NCBI RefSeq assembly: GCF_001457615.1
Contig: NZ_LN831024.1
Span: forward strand, 4,080,001-4,112,000
Origin: Pseudomonas aeruginosa
GTDB taxonomy: Bacteria; Pseudomonadota; Gammaproteobacteria; Pseudomonadales; Pseudomonadaceae
Direction of reading: 5' to 3'
DNA length: 32,000 nucleotides
In this document: piece after piece, positions 1 through 8,803 of the stretch
How positions within the stretch are numbered: position 1 is the first letter of the stretch
Layout of the letters: every line of letters starts with the position of its first letter
Translations under genes and position numbers: made by a program
Notes under the pieces: model-generated
Database searches by the model: none
Told to the model about the DNA's origin: nothing
The model's input: only the letters and a program-made list of their open reading frames with translations

Positions 1-33
1 CTTGGCCACCAGGAGATAGCGTTTCAGCTTCAC
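1..33 (-). CDS. cyoE: Protoheme IX farnesyltransferase (heme O synthase), N-terminal 11 codons only; truncated by window edge
   Basis: Reverse complement from 33 reads GTG AAG CTG AAA CGC TAT CTC CTG GTG GCC AAG (MKLKRYLLVAK), typical CyoE N-terminus, immediately downstream of cyoD. Confidence 0.8.
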   Translation of the reverse strand, partial: MKLKRYLLVAK

Positions 34-43
34 GTCATGGCCC

Positions 44-379
44 TCAGGGCATCGGCATCATCAGCATGTCGGCGCTGAAGATGATCCACAGCGAGAGACC
101 GACCACCAGCAGGATGACGATCACCGTGAAGATGAACGCCATCACGTTCCAGCGCCCTTCCGACGACATGTTCATGTGCAGGAAGCAGATCAGGTGCACC
201 ACCACCTGCACCAGGCCGAGGACGACCATGGTGAGGATGGTCGCGTGGCGCGAGAAGCCGCCGTCCATGACCATGTAGAACGGGATCGCGGTGAGGATCA
301 CCGAGAGCACGAAGCCGATCGCGTAGGAACCCAGGCTGCCGTGGCCGGCGCCGTGGTTGTCGTGTGCAGCGCTGCTCAT
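44..379 (-). CDS. cyoD: Cytochrome bo3 ubiquinol oxidase subunit IV
   Basis: 111 aa [34 protein letters not shown]..., CyoD-like three-TM protein. The upstream part of the 44..529 ORF is the other frame of cyoC. The start ATG overlaps the cyoC TAA by one base. Confidence 0.95.
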   Translation of the reverse strand: MSSAAHDNHGAGHGSLGSYAIGFVLSVILTAIPFYMVMDGGFSRHATILTMVVLGLVQVVVHLICFLHMNMSSEGRWNVMAFIFTVIVILLVVGLSLWIIFSADMLMMPMP

Positions 380-1008
380 TACAGGGCCCCCATCAGGTAG
401 ACGACGGTGAAGACGCAGATCCAGACGATGTCGAGGAAGTGCCAGAACAGGCTCAGGCACATCATCCGGGTGTTGTTCTGCGCGGTGAGGCCGCGGGTCC
501 AGATCTGCGCCATCAGCACCAGCATCCACAGCAGACCGGCGCTGACGTGCAGGCCGTGCATGCCGACCAGGGTGAAGAAGGACGACAGGAAGGCGCTTCG
601 GCTCGGGCCGAAACCTTCGGCGATCAGGTGGTGGAACTCGTTGATCTCCATCCCGATGAACGCGGCGCCGAGCAGGAAGGTGACCCCGAGCCAGGCGATC
701 GCCTGGCCCTTGGCGCCCTTGTGCGCAGAGAGCATGGCCAGGCCGTAGGTGCAGCTGGAAACCAGCAGGATGGCGGTTTCCACCAGCACGTAGGGCAGCT
801 CGAAGATGTCCTTGCCGCTGGGGCCGCCGGCGGTGTGGTGAACCAGCACCGCGTAGGTGGCGAAGACGCTGGCGAACAGCACGCAGTCGGTCATCAGGTA
901 GAGCCAGAAACCGAATACGGTGTTGCCGCCGCTATCGTGTGCATGATCGTGGTCGTGGCCCACTTCGTGGGCGTCGGCCAGATGCTTGTTCAATACTGCC
1001 GTCGACAT
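379..1008 (-). CDS. cyoC: Cytochrome bo3 ubiquinol oxidase subunit III
   Basis: 209 aa with heme-copper oxidase subunit III features ([22 protein letters not shown]..., [14 protein letters not shown]). Confidence 0.96.
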   Translation of the reverse strand: MSTAVLNKHLADAHEVGHDHDHAHDSGGNTVFGFWLYLMTDCVLFASVFATYAVLVHHTAGGPSGKDIFELPYVLVETAILLVSSCTYGLAMLSAHKGAKGQAIAWLGVTFLLGAAFIGMEINEFHHLIAEGFGPSRSAFLSSFFTLVGMHGLHVSAGLLWMLVLMAQIWTRGLTAQNNTRMMCLSLFWHFLDIVWICVFTVVYLMGAL

Positions 1009-1011
1009 GGT

Positions 1012-2988
1012 TCAGACCTGCTTGGCGAGTTGCTGGAAACGGGCGCTTTCGATCTTCTCGATCTCTTCGGGCTGGACGTAGTAGTCGACGTCCTGGTTGT
1101 AGCTGCGCACGATGAAGGAGCCGATCATGCCGACGAAGCCGACCGCCATGAGCCACCAGATATGCCAGATGGCGGCGAAGCCGAAGACGAAGGCGAACAC
1201 GGCGATGGAGAAGCCCGCGGCGGTGTTCTTCGGCATGTGGATCGGCTGGTAGGCCGGCAGCTTGCGGTAGGCGGTGCCGGCCTTCTTCATGTCGTGGAAG
1301 GCATCCACGTCCTGTACCTTCGGCAGCTCGGCGAAGTTGTAGAACGGCGGCGGCGAGGAAGTGGCCCATTCCAGGGTGCGGCCTTCCCACGGGTCGCCAT
1401 TGACGTCGGCCAGTTGCTTGCGGTTGCGGACCGAGACGAACAGCTGGATCAGTTGGCAGGCGATGCCGCAGAAGATCAGCACGGCGCCGAAGAACGCGAC
1501 CACCAGGTAGGGCTTCCACAGCGGGTTGTCGTAGTGGTTCAGGCGACGGGTCATGCCCATGAAGCCGAGGATGTAGAGCGGCATGAAGGCCATGTAGAAG
1601 CCCACCAGCCAGCACCAGAAGGAGCGCTTGCCCCACTTCTCGTCGAGGGTGAAGCCGAACGCTTTCGGGAACCAGAAGGCGAAGCCGGCCAGGTAGCCGA
1701 ACACCGCGCCGCCGATGATGGTGTTGTGGAAGTGGGCGATCAGGAACAGGCTGTTGTGCAGCAGGAAGTCCGCGCCCGGGATGGCCAGCAGGACGCCGGT
1801 CATGCCGCCGATGGTGAAGGTCACCATGAAGCCCAGGGTCCACAGGATCGGCGTGCTGAAGCGCAGGCGGCCCTTGTAGATGGTGAACAGCCAGTTGAAC
1901 AGCTTCACCCCGGTGGGGATCGAGATCAGCATGGTGGCCACGCCGAAGAAGCCGTTGACGTCACCGCCCGAACCCATGGTGAAGAAGTGGTGCAGCCACA
2001 CGGTGAAGCCGAGGAAGGTGATCGCGGCGCTGGCCCAGACCATCGATTTGTAGCCGAACATGCGCTTGCCGGCGAAGGTCGCGGTGACCTCGGAGAAGAT
2101 ACCGAAGGCCGGCAGGATCAGGATGTACACCTCGGGATGGCCCCAGGCCCAGAAGAGGTTGATGTACATCATGGCGTTGCCGCCGAGCTCGTTGGTGAAG
2201 AAGTGCATGTCCAGGTAGCGGTCGAGCGACAGCAGGCCCAGCGCAGCGGTGAGGATCGGGAACGAGGCGACGATCAGGATGTTGGCGAAGGTGCAGGTCC
2301 AGGTGAAGATCGGCATCTGCATCAGCTTCATGCCCGGGGCACGCATCTTGAACACGGTGACCAGGAAGTTGATCCCCGTGAGCAACGTGCCCATCCCGGA
2401 TATCTGTAGCGCCCAGATGTAGTAGTCCACCCCTACCCCGGGGCTATAGGCCAGCTCCGACAGCGGCGGATAGGCCACCCAGCCGGTACGGGCGAATTCG
2501 CCCAGGCCCAGCGACACGTTGACCAGCATGGCGCTGACCACGAGCAGCCAGAAGCTCAGCGAGTTGAGGAAGGGGAACGCCACGTCGCGCGCGCCGATCT
2601 GCAGCGGCACGGCCAGGTTCATCAGGCCGGTCATGAACGGCATGGCCATGAAGATGATCATGATCACGCCATGCGCGGTGAAGATCTGGTCGTAGTGCTC
2701 CGGCGGCAGGTAGCCGTGGTTGGCGCCTTCGGCCAGGGCCAGCTGGCCGCGCATCATGATCGCGTCGGCGAAGCCGCGGACCAGCATGACCAGGGCGACG
2801 ACGATGTACATCACGCCGATCTTCTTGTGGTCGACCGAGGTCAGCCACTCGGTCCACAGGTAGGTCCACTTGCGGTAGTAGGTGATCGCACCGACCACGC
2901 CGAGGCCCAGCAGGGCGACGACGGCCAGTGTGACCATGACGATGGGCTCGTGGTAAGGCACGGCCGAGAGTGTCAGTTTCCCGAACAT
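1012..2988 (-). CDS. cyoB: Cytochrome bo3 ubiquinol oxidase subunit I
   Basis: 658 aa with heme-copper oxidase subunit I signatures ([31 protein letters not shown]). Confidence 0.98.
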   Translation of the reverse strand: MFGKLTLSAVPYHEPIVMVTLAVVALLGLGVVGAITYYRKWTYLWTEWLTSVDHKKIGVMYIVVALVMLVRGFADAIMMRGQLALAEGANHGYLPPEHYDQIFTAHGVIMIIFMAMPFMTGLMNLAVPLQIGARDVAFPFLNSLSFWLLVVSAMLVNVSLGLGEFARTGWVAYPPLSELAYSPGVGVDYYIWALQISGMGTLLTGINFLVTVFKMRAPGMKLMQMPIFTWTCTFANILIVASFPILTAALGLLSLDRYLDMHFFTNELGGNAMMYINLFWAWGHPEVYILILPAFGIFSEVTATFAGKRMFGYKSMVWASAAITFLGFTVWLHHFFTMGSGGDVNGFFGVATMLISIPTGVKLFNWLFTIYKGRLRFSTPILWTLGFMVTFTIGGMTGVLLAIPGADFLLHNSLFLIAHFHNTIIGGAVFGYLAGFAFWFPKAFGFTLDEKWGKRSFWCWLVGFYMAFMPLYILGFMGMTRRLNHYDNPLWKPYLVVAFFGAVLIFCGIACQLIQLFVSVRNRKQLADVNGDPWEGRTLEWATSSPPPFYNFAELPKVQDVDAFHDMKKAGTAYRKLPAYQPIHMPKNTAAGFSIAVFAFVFGFAAIWHIWWLMAVGFVGMIGSFIVRSYNQDVDYYVQPEEIEKIESARFQQLAKQV

Positions 2989-2994
2989 CTGCGC

Positions 2995-3990
2995 TTACTC
3001 CTGGGTACTCGGTTGCATGTGCATGTCCTTCATGTCTTTCATGCCCTGCATGGCTTGCATGTCCATGTCCTGCATGTCGTGACCGGTCATGGCGGCTTCG
3101 TGCTCAGCCCCGGCGTGCTCGCCGTGCGCGGCACCCTTGGCGTCGCCGTGGTGCTCGTACTTGGTGAGGATGTGGCCGAACAGTTCCGGGCTGACCGAAG
3201 AGAAGTAGGTCGGCGGAACGTTCTCGCTCGGCTTGACCAGTTCCGGATAGGTGCCGATCGACAGGCTGGCCGGTGCCGCCTTGACCTTGGCGACCCAGTC
3301 CTGGAAGCCCTGCTCGGAGGTGGCGATGGCCTTGAAGCGCATGCCGGAGAAACCGCCGCCGCTGTAGTTCGCGGAGATACCGTCGAATACGCCTTCTTCG
3401 TTGGCGATCAGGTGCAGCTTGGTCATCATCCCGGCCATCGAGTAGATCTGGCTGCCCAGCTGCGGGATGAAGAACGAGTTCATCACCGAATCCGAGGTGA
3501 TCTGGAAATTCACCGGGGTGTCTTTCGGGAAGGCGATCTCGTTGACCGTGGCGATACCCTGCTCCGGGTAGATGAACAACCACTTCCAGTCCAGCGAAAC
3601 GGCCTGGATGGTGACCGGCTTGACCTCGGAGTCCAGCGGACGGTACGGGTCGAGCTTGTGGGTGCTTTCCCAGGTGATCCAGCCGAGGATCGCGATGATC
3701 ACGCAGGGCACCAGCCAGACCACCGCCTCGATGCGGTTGGAGTGGTGCCAGTCCGGCTTGTACTCGGCCTGGGTGTTCGAGGCGCGGTACTTCCAGGCGA
3801 ACGCCAGGGTCATCACGATCACCGGGATGACCACGATCAGCATCAGCAGGGTCGCGGTAATGATCAGGGTGCGCTCGTCCATGCCCACCTGCCCTTTCGG
3901 GTTGAACAGGGTCATGTCGCAGCCGCCGAGCAGCAGCGCGGGCGCCAGGGAAAGCCATTTCAATGCGGCAAACGGGTTTGCTTTGGTCAT
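2995..3990 (-). CDS. cyoA: Cytochrome bo3 ubiquinol oxidase subunit II (lipoprotein)
   Basis: 331 aa with lipobox-like LLLGGC and CyoA cupredoxin-domain sequence ([26 protein letters not shown]-like region); first gene of cyoABCDE. Confidence 0.97.
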   Translation of the reverse strand: [331 protein letters not shown]

Positions 3991-4031
3991 CTTCCGGCCT
4001 TAATCGATGGAAGGAGCGAGTGGTCGCTCAT
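3987..4031 (-). CDS. Possible 14-aa leader ORF (MSDHSLLPSIKAGR) translationally coupled to cyoA
   Basis: ATG at 4031 preceded by AAGGAGA; stop TGA overlaps the cyoA ATG in an ATGA arrangement. Confidence 0.35.
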   Translation of the reverse strand: MSDHSLLPSIKAGR

Positions 4032-4496
4032 GGATGTCTCCTTGCAAGGCTTGTGGCGGAGACCGCTGGCTTCAGCCAGTTCCAGACATGCAGTCGCCGC
4101 CGGGGTACGGAACGGCCATTGCCCGGCCACGGGAGAAGGCAAGCGGATACCTTTCCCGATTCCGGTGGCGGACTCGTTCCACGCGCTGAGTCGTTCCTTG
4201 ATGAACAGCGTTTTCGAAGCTGTGCCGGAAGAGGCCAAGGGCGGCCAAGGCACGTGCATGCCTGGGCGAGAAGGATTGCCCTTCCCGCCGGGTGATCAGG
4301 TCGCAGTTATCGGTCGGCTATTTGTTGTGCAACAGGCAAGGCAGGAACCCATTTATCGCGATGCGGAGCAGAGACTCGCGCGACGCTCGTTGGACCGAAA
4401 CTGAGCGTCAGTTATTACAATTCATTTCAGCTGAGGAGCCTATGACACATCTTGCAATAGACTTTCTCAAACATAGATAAAGTAGGGCTTTTACCT

Positions 4497-4519
4497 GCCT
4501 GCGACAGGTTGTCGCAGGC
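4497..4519. repeat. Perfect 10-bp inverted repeat with 3-nt loop (GCCTGCGACA-GGT-TGTCGCAGGC)
   Basis: Read directly from the sequence; lies in the cyoA to MFS-transporter intergenic region. Confidence 0.7.
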
Positions 4520-4631
4520 CATACCCTAGCACAACAGTTGGAATACGCGAATATTCTTCGCTTCGAGCAGCATAACGCAAGGAAATCGCCCCCACGCCAG
4601 CATCGTGACCCGAGAGTCAGTGTCTATCGGC

Positions 4632-6158
4632 CTACAACTGTACCCCTGCCGTTCGTCCAGATGCGCCAACTGTATCCGCCGCCGGGCCGGCGCTAACGCG
4701 CAGGCGCCAGAGCAGCGCGGCGGCCAGCAGGGCGCTGGCTCCGGCCACCAGCATAGCCAGACGGAAGCCCTCGGCCAGCGCGGCCGGCAGCTCGGCGTCG
4801 AGCCCCGCCAGGGAACCAGGCAAGCGATGGGCCGTGATCGCCTGGGTGGCGAGCCGTTGCGCATCGGCAATCCCCAGCTCCTCCAGCCGATCGCCCAGGA
4901 CGACGATCGCCCGCCCGCTCAGCAGCGCTCCCAGCAACGCGATGCCGACGGCCATGCCGGCCTGGCGCAGGGTATTCATGGTCGCCGAGGCCATCCCGGA
5001 ACGCTCGCGGGCCACGCTCGCCATGACCGCCAGACCGGTGCCGGGAACGGCCAGGCCCATGCCCAGGCCGAGCGCCACCAGCAACAGGCCGACCCAGGGA
5101 TACGCGGTTCCCGTACCGCAAGCGGCCAGCGCCAGCATGGCCAGGCCGATCACCAGGTAGCCCAGCACCAGCAGGCGTCGCAGCGGTACGTGCCGCTGCA
5201 ACCGGCCGAACAGCATGGACAGTGCGCCCATGGCGAGGAACTGCGGCGCCAGGTAGAAGCCGGCCTGCTGCGCCGAGGCACCCTGCACCTGCTGGAAGAA
5301 CAGGGAGAGGAAGAACAGGCTGGCGTAGCCGGAAAAACCGAGGACGAACGAGGCCAGGTTGCAGACGGCGAACCCGGCCTGGCGGAACAACCCCAGGGGC
5401 AGCAGCGGTCGGGCGGTCCGCCGCTCGACGAAGAGGAAGCCAAGCAGGCCGACCCCGGCCAGGAGCAGCGCCGGCCAGGCCGTGGGAGACAACCAGCCGC
5501 CCTCTCCCGCGGCGATCAGGGCGTAGGTCAACGCTCCCAGCCAGACCACGCTGAGCAACTGCCCCAGGGGATCGAAGGCGGCGTGCTCGGGGTGCGCGGT
5601 TTCCTCGATGCCCCACAGGCCCAGGGCGAGCGCCAGCAGGCCGAGCGGCAGGTTGATCAGGAAGATGCTCTGCCAGCCGGCGTGCTCCACCAGCAGGCCG
5701 CCGAGCAGCGGGCCGAGGATCAGCGACAGCGCGCTGAAGGAGGTCCAGCCGCCGATCACCTGGGCGCGCTGGCCGGGATCGTGGAAAGCCTGGGTAAGGA
5801 TCGACAGCGCGCCGGGTATCAACAGCGCCCCGGCGATGCCCTGGACCGCGCGTCCGAACAGCAGCAGCGGCAGCGAGGTGGCCAGCGCGCAGAGCAGCGA
5901 ACCGAAGCTGAACAGGCCGACCCCGAGCAGCCAGGTGAGCTTGCGACCGTAGCGGTCGCTCAGCGGTCCGGAAGACAGCATGAAGGCGCTCAGGCACAGC
6001 GCATAGGCGTCGACCACCCACTGCAGGCCGGCCAGGTCGGTATCCAGGGCGTACTGCAGCGTCGGCAGGGCGAGGTTGACGATGCTGATGTCGAGCGAGG
6101 CGATGAAGGTTCCCAGGTAAATGGCGGCGACCAGGGCGACACGACGCGAAGGGTTCAT
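4632..6158 (-). CDS. MFS drug-resistance-type transporter, DHA2 (EmrB/QacA-like) family
   Basis: MNPSRRVALVAAIYLGTFIASLDISIVNLALPTLQYAL... with WRWIF-like motif C region, ~14 TM segments. ORF track start (6218) is upstream of the likely ATG at 6158. Confidence 0.88.
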   Translation of the reverse strand: MNPSRRVALVAAIYLGTFIASLDISIVNLALPTLQYALDTDLAGLQWVVDAYALCLSAFMLSSGPLSDRYGRKLTWLLGVGLFSFGSLLCALATSLPLLLFGRAVQGIAGALLIPGALSILTQAFHDPGQRAQVIGGWTSFSALSLILGPLLGGLLVEHAGWQSIFLINLPLGLLALALGLWGIEETAHPEHAAFDPLGQLLSVVWLGALTYALIAAGEGGWLSPTAWPALLLAGVGLLGFLFVERRTARPLLPLGLFRQAGFAVCNLASFVLGFSGYASLFFLSLFFQQVQGASAQQAGFYLAPQFLAMGALSMLFGRLQRHVPLRRLLVLGYLVIGLAMLALAACGTGTAYPWVGLLLVALGLGMGLAVPGTGLAVMASVARERSGMASATMNTLRQAGMAVGIALLGALLSGRAIVVLGDRLEELGIADAQRLATQAITAHRLPGSLAGLDAELPAALAEGFRLAMLVAGASALLAAALLWRLRVSAGPAADTVGASGRTAGVQL

Positions 6159-6198
6159 GGAGTACTCCGATGAGAGGGCGCTGGCCCAGGAATAATCC

Positions 6199-6219
6199 AT
6201 TGACCGACGGTCAGTCAAT
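6199..6219. promoter_or_regulatory. Candidate TetR-family operator ATTGACCGACGGTCAGTCAAT
   Basis: Contains perfect TGACCG-A-CGGTCA (6201..6213) and flanking ATTGAC/GTCAAT arms, between the divergent MFS and TetR genes. Confidence 0.65.
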
Positions 6220-6315
6220 AAATATCGCGAAATATTCTCATCTTCCTGTCATGCCTCGTCTTCCCCTCCACGCTCTTTTACACTGCGGCCAACCCAACCA
6301 CCGGACCCGCGCTCC

Positions 6316-6930
6316 ATGCCCGATCGCCACGCCGAACAGCCTGCCCGCCAACCGCGCACCAAGCCTGCGGAGGTTCGTCTCGAGGAACTGATGGCGGCGG
6401 CGCAGCAACTGTTCCTAGACAAGGGTGTGGACGCCACCACCATCAGCGACATCGTCGCTGCCGCGGGGGTCGCCAAGGGTACCTTCTATCACTACTTCCA
6501 AGCCAAGACCGACATCCTCCTGGCCCTGCGCGAGCGCTTCACCCAGGCTTTCCAGCAGCGCATCGCGAATGCCGTCGAGGCCTGTCCGGCGAACGACCAT
6601 CCCGGCCGCCTGCGCGCCTGGACCGAGAGCGGCCTGGCGGGCTACCTGGAGGGCTACCGGCTGCACGATGTGGTCTACAGCGAGCACCATCACCACCAGC
6701 GCGGCAACCAGGAGCGCGACCGCGTGCTGGAGCAATTGGCGGAGCTACTGGAGAACGGCGCGGCGGCCGGCGCCTGGCCGCTGCGCAACCCACGGCTGAA
6801 CGCCCTGCTGCTCTACTCCGGGCTGCATGGCGCCGCCGACGACGCCATCGCCGGCGGCCGCCTGGATACCCAGCCGCTGGCCGGCGAACTCGCCGATGCC
6901 TTCCTGCGCCTGCTCGGTGCCAGCGACTGA
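6316..6930 (+). CDS. TetR/AcrR family transcriptional regulator
   Basis: 204 aa with N-terminal TetR HTH: RLEELMAAAQQLFLDKGVDATTISDIVAAAGVAKGTFYHYFQAKTDIL. Confidence 0.93.
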   Translation: MPDRHAEQPARQPRTKPAEVRLEELMAAAQQLFLDKGVDATTISDIVAAAGVAKGTFYHYFQAKTDILLALRERFTQAFQQRIANAVEACPANDHPGRLRAWTESGLAGYLEGYRLHDVVYSEHHHHQRGNQERDRVLEQLAELLENGAAAGAWPLRNPRLNALLLYSGLHGAADDAIAGGRLDTQPLAGELADAFLRLLGASD

Positions 6931-6937
6931 GGCAGGC

Positions 6938-7324
6938 TCAGCCGCAGAAGGTTTCCTGCAGGTGGCGCCAGTACAGCCGCCCTTCGTCGTCACGGTGCAG
7001 GACTACGGTGGACAGGCGCTCGCTGCGACCCGCCGCGTCGGACTGGATTTCCCGATAGGCCAGGGTCGCGCCATCCACGCCTGAAGCCAGCAGACTCTCG
7101 CCGTCGATCTCGATGCGCAGCCCAGGACGGGTGCCGCCCTTGCTGCGGAACAGCTCGCCCAGAGCAGTCTTGTCCAGGACCACGCCATGCGGCGTGACCA
7201 TCGAGAAGTCCTCGGCGAAACGCGCCATCAACGCATCCAGCGCGTCAGCCCGTGAGTCGCCGGCCAGCCAGTCGCGGATCGCCACGTGGGCATGGTGGAT
7301 TTCCCGGCGGTAGGCACAAGTCAT
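6938..7324 (-). CDS. SnoaL/DUF4440-like small protein
   Basis: 128 aa; RADALDALMARFAEDFSMVTPHGVVLDKTALGELFRSKGGTRPGL resembles the NTF2-like/DUF4440 pattern. Confidence 0.65.
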   Translation of the reverse strand: MTCAYRREIHHAHVAIRDWLAGDSRADALDALMARFAEDFSMVTPHGVVLDKTALGELFRSKGGTRPGLRIEIDGESLLASGVDGATLAYREIQSDAAGRSERLSTVVLHRDDEGRLYWRHLQETFCG

Positions 7325-7337
7325 GGTGTAGCTCCTT

Positions 7338-8696
7338 TCAGGTCTGGACCAGGGCGCGAACCCCGGCGGAATCGATACGCCTCACCCACGGCAGAGGCAA
7401 TAGCGTGAAAGCGGCGGCGAACAGGAAGCAGTGGACGAAGGCCGCGGGGTCGGCCCGCGCCTGCAACAGGTTGAGCAACCCACCGAGCACGGCCATGCCC
7501 AGGCAGAACGCCAGCTGCCGATTGATGTTCCACAAGGCGCTGGCATGGCCCATGCGCGCCGCCGGGACGTCGAGCAAGGCCATGCCCTGTGCCGCGCTGC
7601 TACACAGGCTGCCGCCGAATCCCATGGTCGCGTAGGCCCCCGCCAGTTGCCAGAAGCCGCTCCCCTCCCCGCTTCGAGCCAGCCACAGCAGGCCGCCGGC
7701 CTGTATCGCCATGCCCGCCAGCAGCAAGGATTTCGGCCCCCAGCGATTGAAGCGTCGCCGGGTCAGGCCGATGGCCAGGCCGGCCGCCAGCGCCCAGGGC
7801 AGCATCAGCGCACCGGCACGGCTCGCGCTGAGGCCGAGGGGGCCTTGCAGATAGAGCATGGCGACCAGGTTGGCGCCCATGAAGGCTCCCGGCACGCAGA
7901 GATAGACCAGCATCGCCGTACGCAGCAATGGCGCCTCCAGCAAGCCAAGGTCGAGCAGCGCGTCGGTACGAGCGCGCCCGTCACGCCAGTAGCAGCAGCC
8001 CAGCACGCAGGCCAGCAGCGCCAGGAGCAGGCCACGCCCGCCGCCGCCGGGCGATCCCAGCCAGGCGAGCGCCACCAGCAGCGTGGCCAGCGCCGCCGAG
8101 CCGAGCAGCAGGCCGCGCAGGTCCAGGCGCTGCGCCGCATGCTTGTGCCTGGGCAGCCAGCGCATCGCCAGGGCCAGCACCAGCAGCGCCGGCGCCACGC
8201 TGGCGAAGAAGATCCCACGCCAGGACAGGCTGTCCACCAGCCAGCCGCCGAGGGCAGGCGCCACGGCGGGAACGATCAGCGCCACCAGCATCACCCGTGC
8301 GGTCAGGCCGGCCCGTGCCGACGCCGGGACATTCCGATAGGCCATGGCCTGGCCGAGGGGGATCAGTAACCCGCCGGCCAACCCCTGGCACAGGCGCCAG
8401 ACGATCAACGTCGCCGCCGATCCAGCCAGGCCGCAACCCAGCGAAGCGCTGGCGAAACCGGCCAGTGCCAGCAGCATCAGTCGCCGTTCTCCCAGGCGCG
8501 AAGCGAGCCAGACGCTCAACGGAATCACCAGGGTCAAGCCGAGCAGGTAGGTGTTGCCGATCCACGCCAGGGTCGCCACCGAAGCGCCAAGGGAACGCCC
8601 GATGTCCGGGTAGGCGACGCTGGCGATGAAGATGTTCACCAGGTCCAGGGCGAACCCCAGCAGGTACAAAGTGGCCAGGCGGGACGGTTGATTCAT
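7338..8696 (-). CDS. MFS transporter (DHA2-like)
   Basis: 452 aa polytopic protein, MNQPSRLATLYLLGFALDLVNIFIASVAYPDIGRSLGAS...GERRLMLLAL motif. Confidence 0.87.
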   Translation of the reverse strand: MNQPSRLATLYLLGFALDLVNIFIASVAYPDIGRSLGASVATLAWIGNTYLLGLTLVIPLSVWLASRLGERRLMLLALAGFASASLGCGLAGSAATLIVWRLCQGLAGGLLIPLGQAMAYRNVPASARAGLTARVMLVALIVPAVAPALGGWLVDSLSWRGIFFASVAPALLVLALAMRWLPRHKHAAQRLDLRGLLLGSAALATLLVALAWLGSPGGGGRGLLLALLACVLGCCYWRDGRARTDALLDLGLLEAPLLRTAMLVYLCVPGAFMGANLVAMLYLQGPLGLSASRAGALMLPWALAAGLAIGLTRRRFNRWGPKSLLLAGMAIQAGGLLWLARSGEGSGFWQLAGAYATMGFGGSLCSSAAQGMALLDVPAARMGHASALWNINRQLAFCLGMAVLGGLLNLLQARADPAAFVHCFLFAAAFTLLPLPWVRRIDSAGVRALVQT

Positions 8697-8769
8697 GGGC
8701 GCTCCGGAGGTTTGCCGGGGAGCATAGCGAGGCGCTCGCGCTATCTGGAGAGGCTAATCGCGCATAGAC

Positions 8770-8788
8770 TGTCAAATCGAATTTGACA
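8770..8788. promoter_or_regulatory. Candidate LysR-regulator site, perfect palindrome TGTCAAAT-CGA-ATTTGACA
   Basis: 8-bp perfect arms with 3-bp spacer between divergent MFS and LysR genes. Confidence 0.65.
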
Positions 8789-8803
8789 ATAGGGACGCCT
8801 TCC

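Noticed and set aside
364-2409. 681-aa plus-strand ORF opposite cyoB/cyoC
   Set aside because: High-GC antisense shadow ORF (low-complexity, E/A/R/G/H-rich composition); the minus strand encodes unmistakable CyoB/CyoC.
4323-4334. TGTTG-TG-CAACA palindrome
   Set aside because: Only 5-bp arms and no positional support; likely by chance.
2671-4404. 577-aa plus-strand ORF opposite cyoA/cyoB
   Set aside because: Antisense shadow of cyo genes, no family resemblance.
4605-6173. 522-aa plus-strand ORF
   Set aside because: Antisense of the DHA2 MFS transporter; Gln/Arg/Gly-rich shadow composition.
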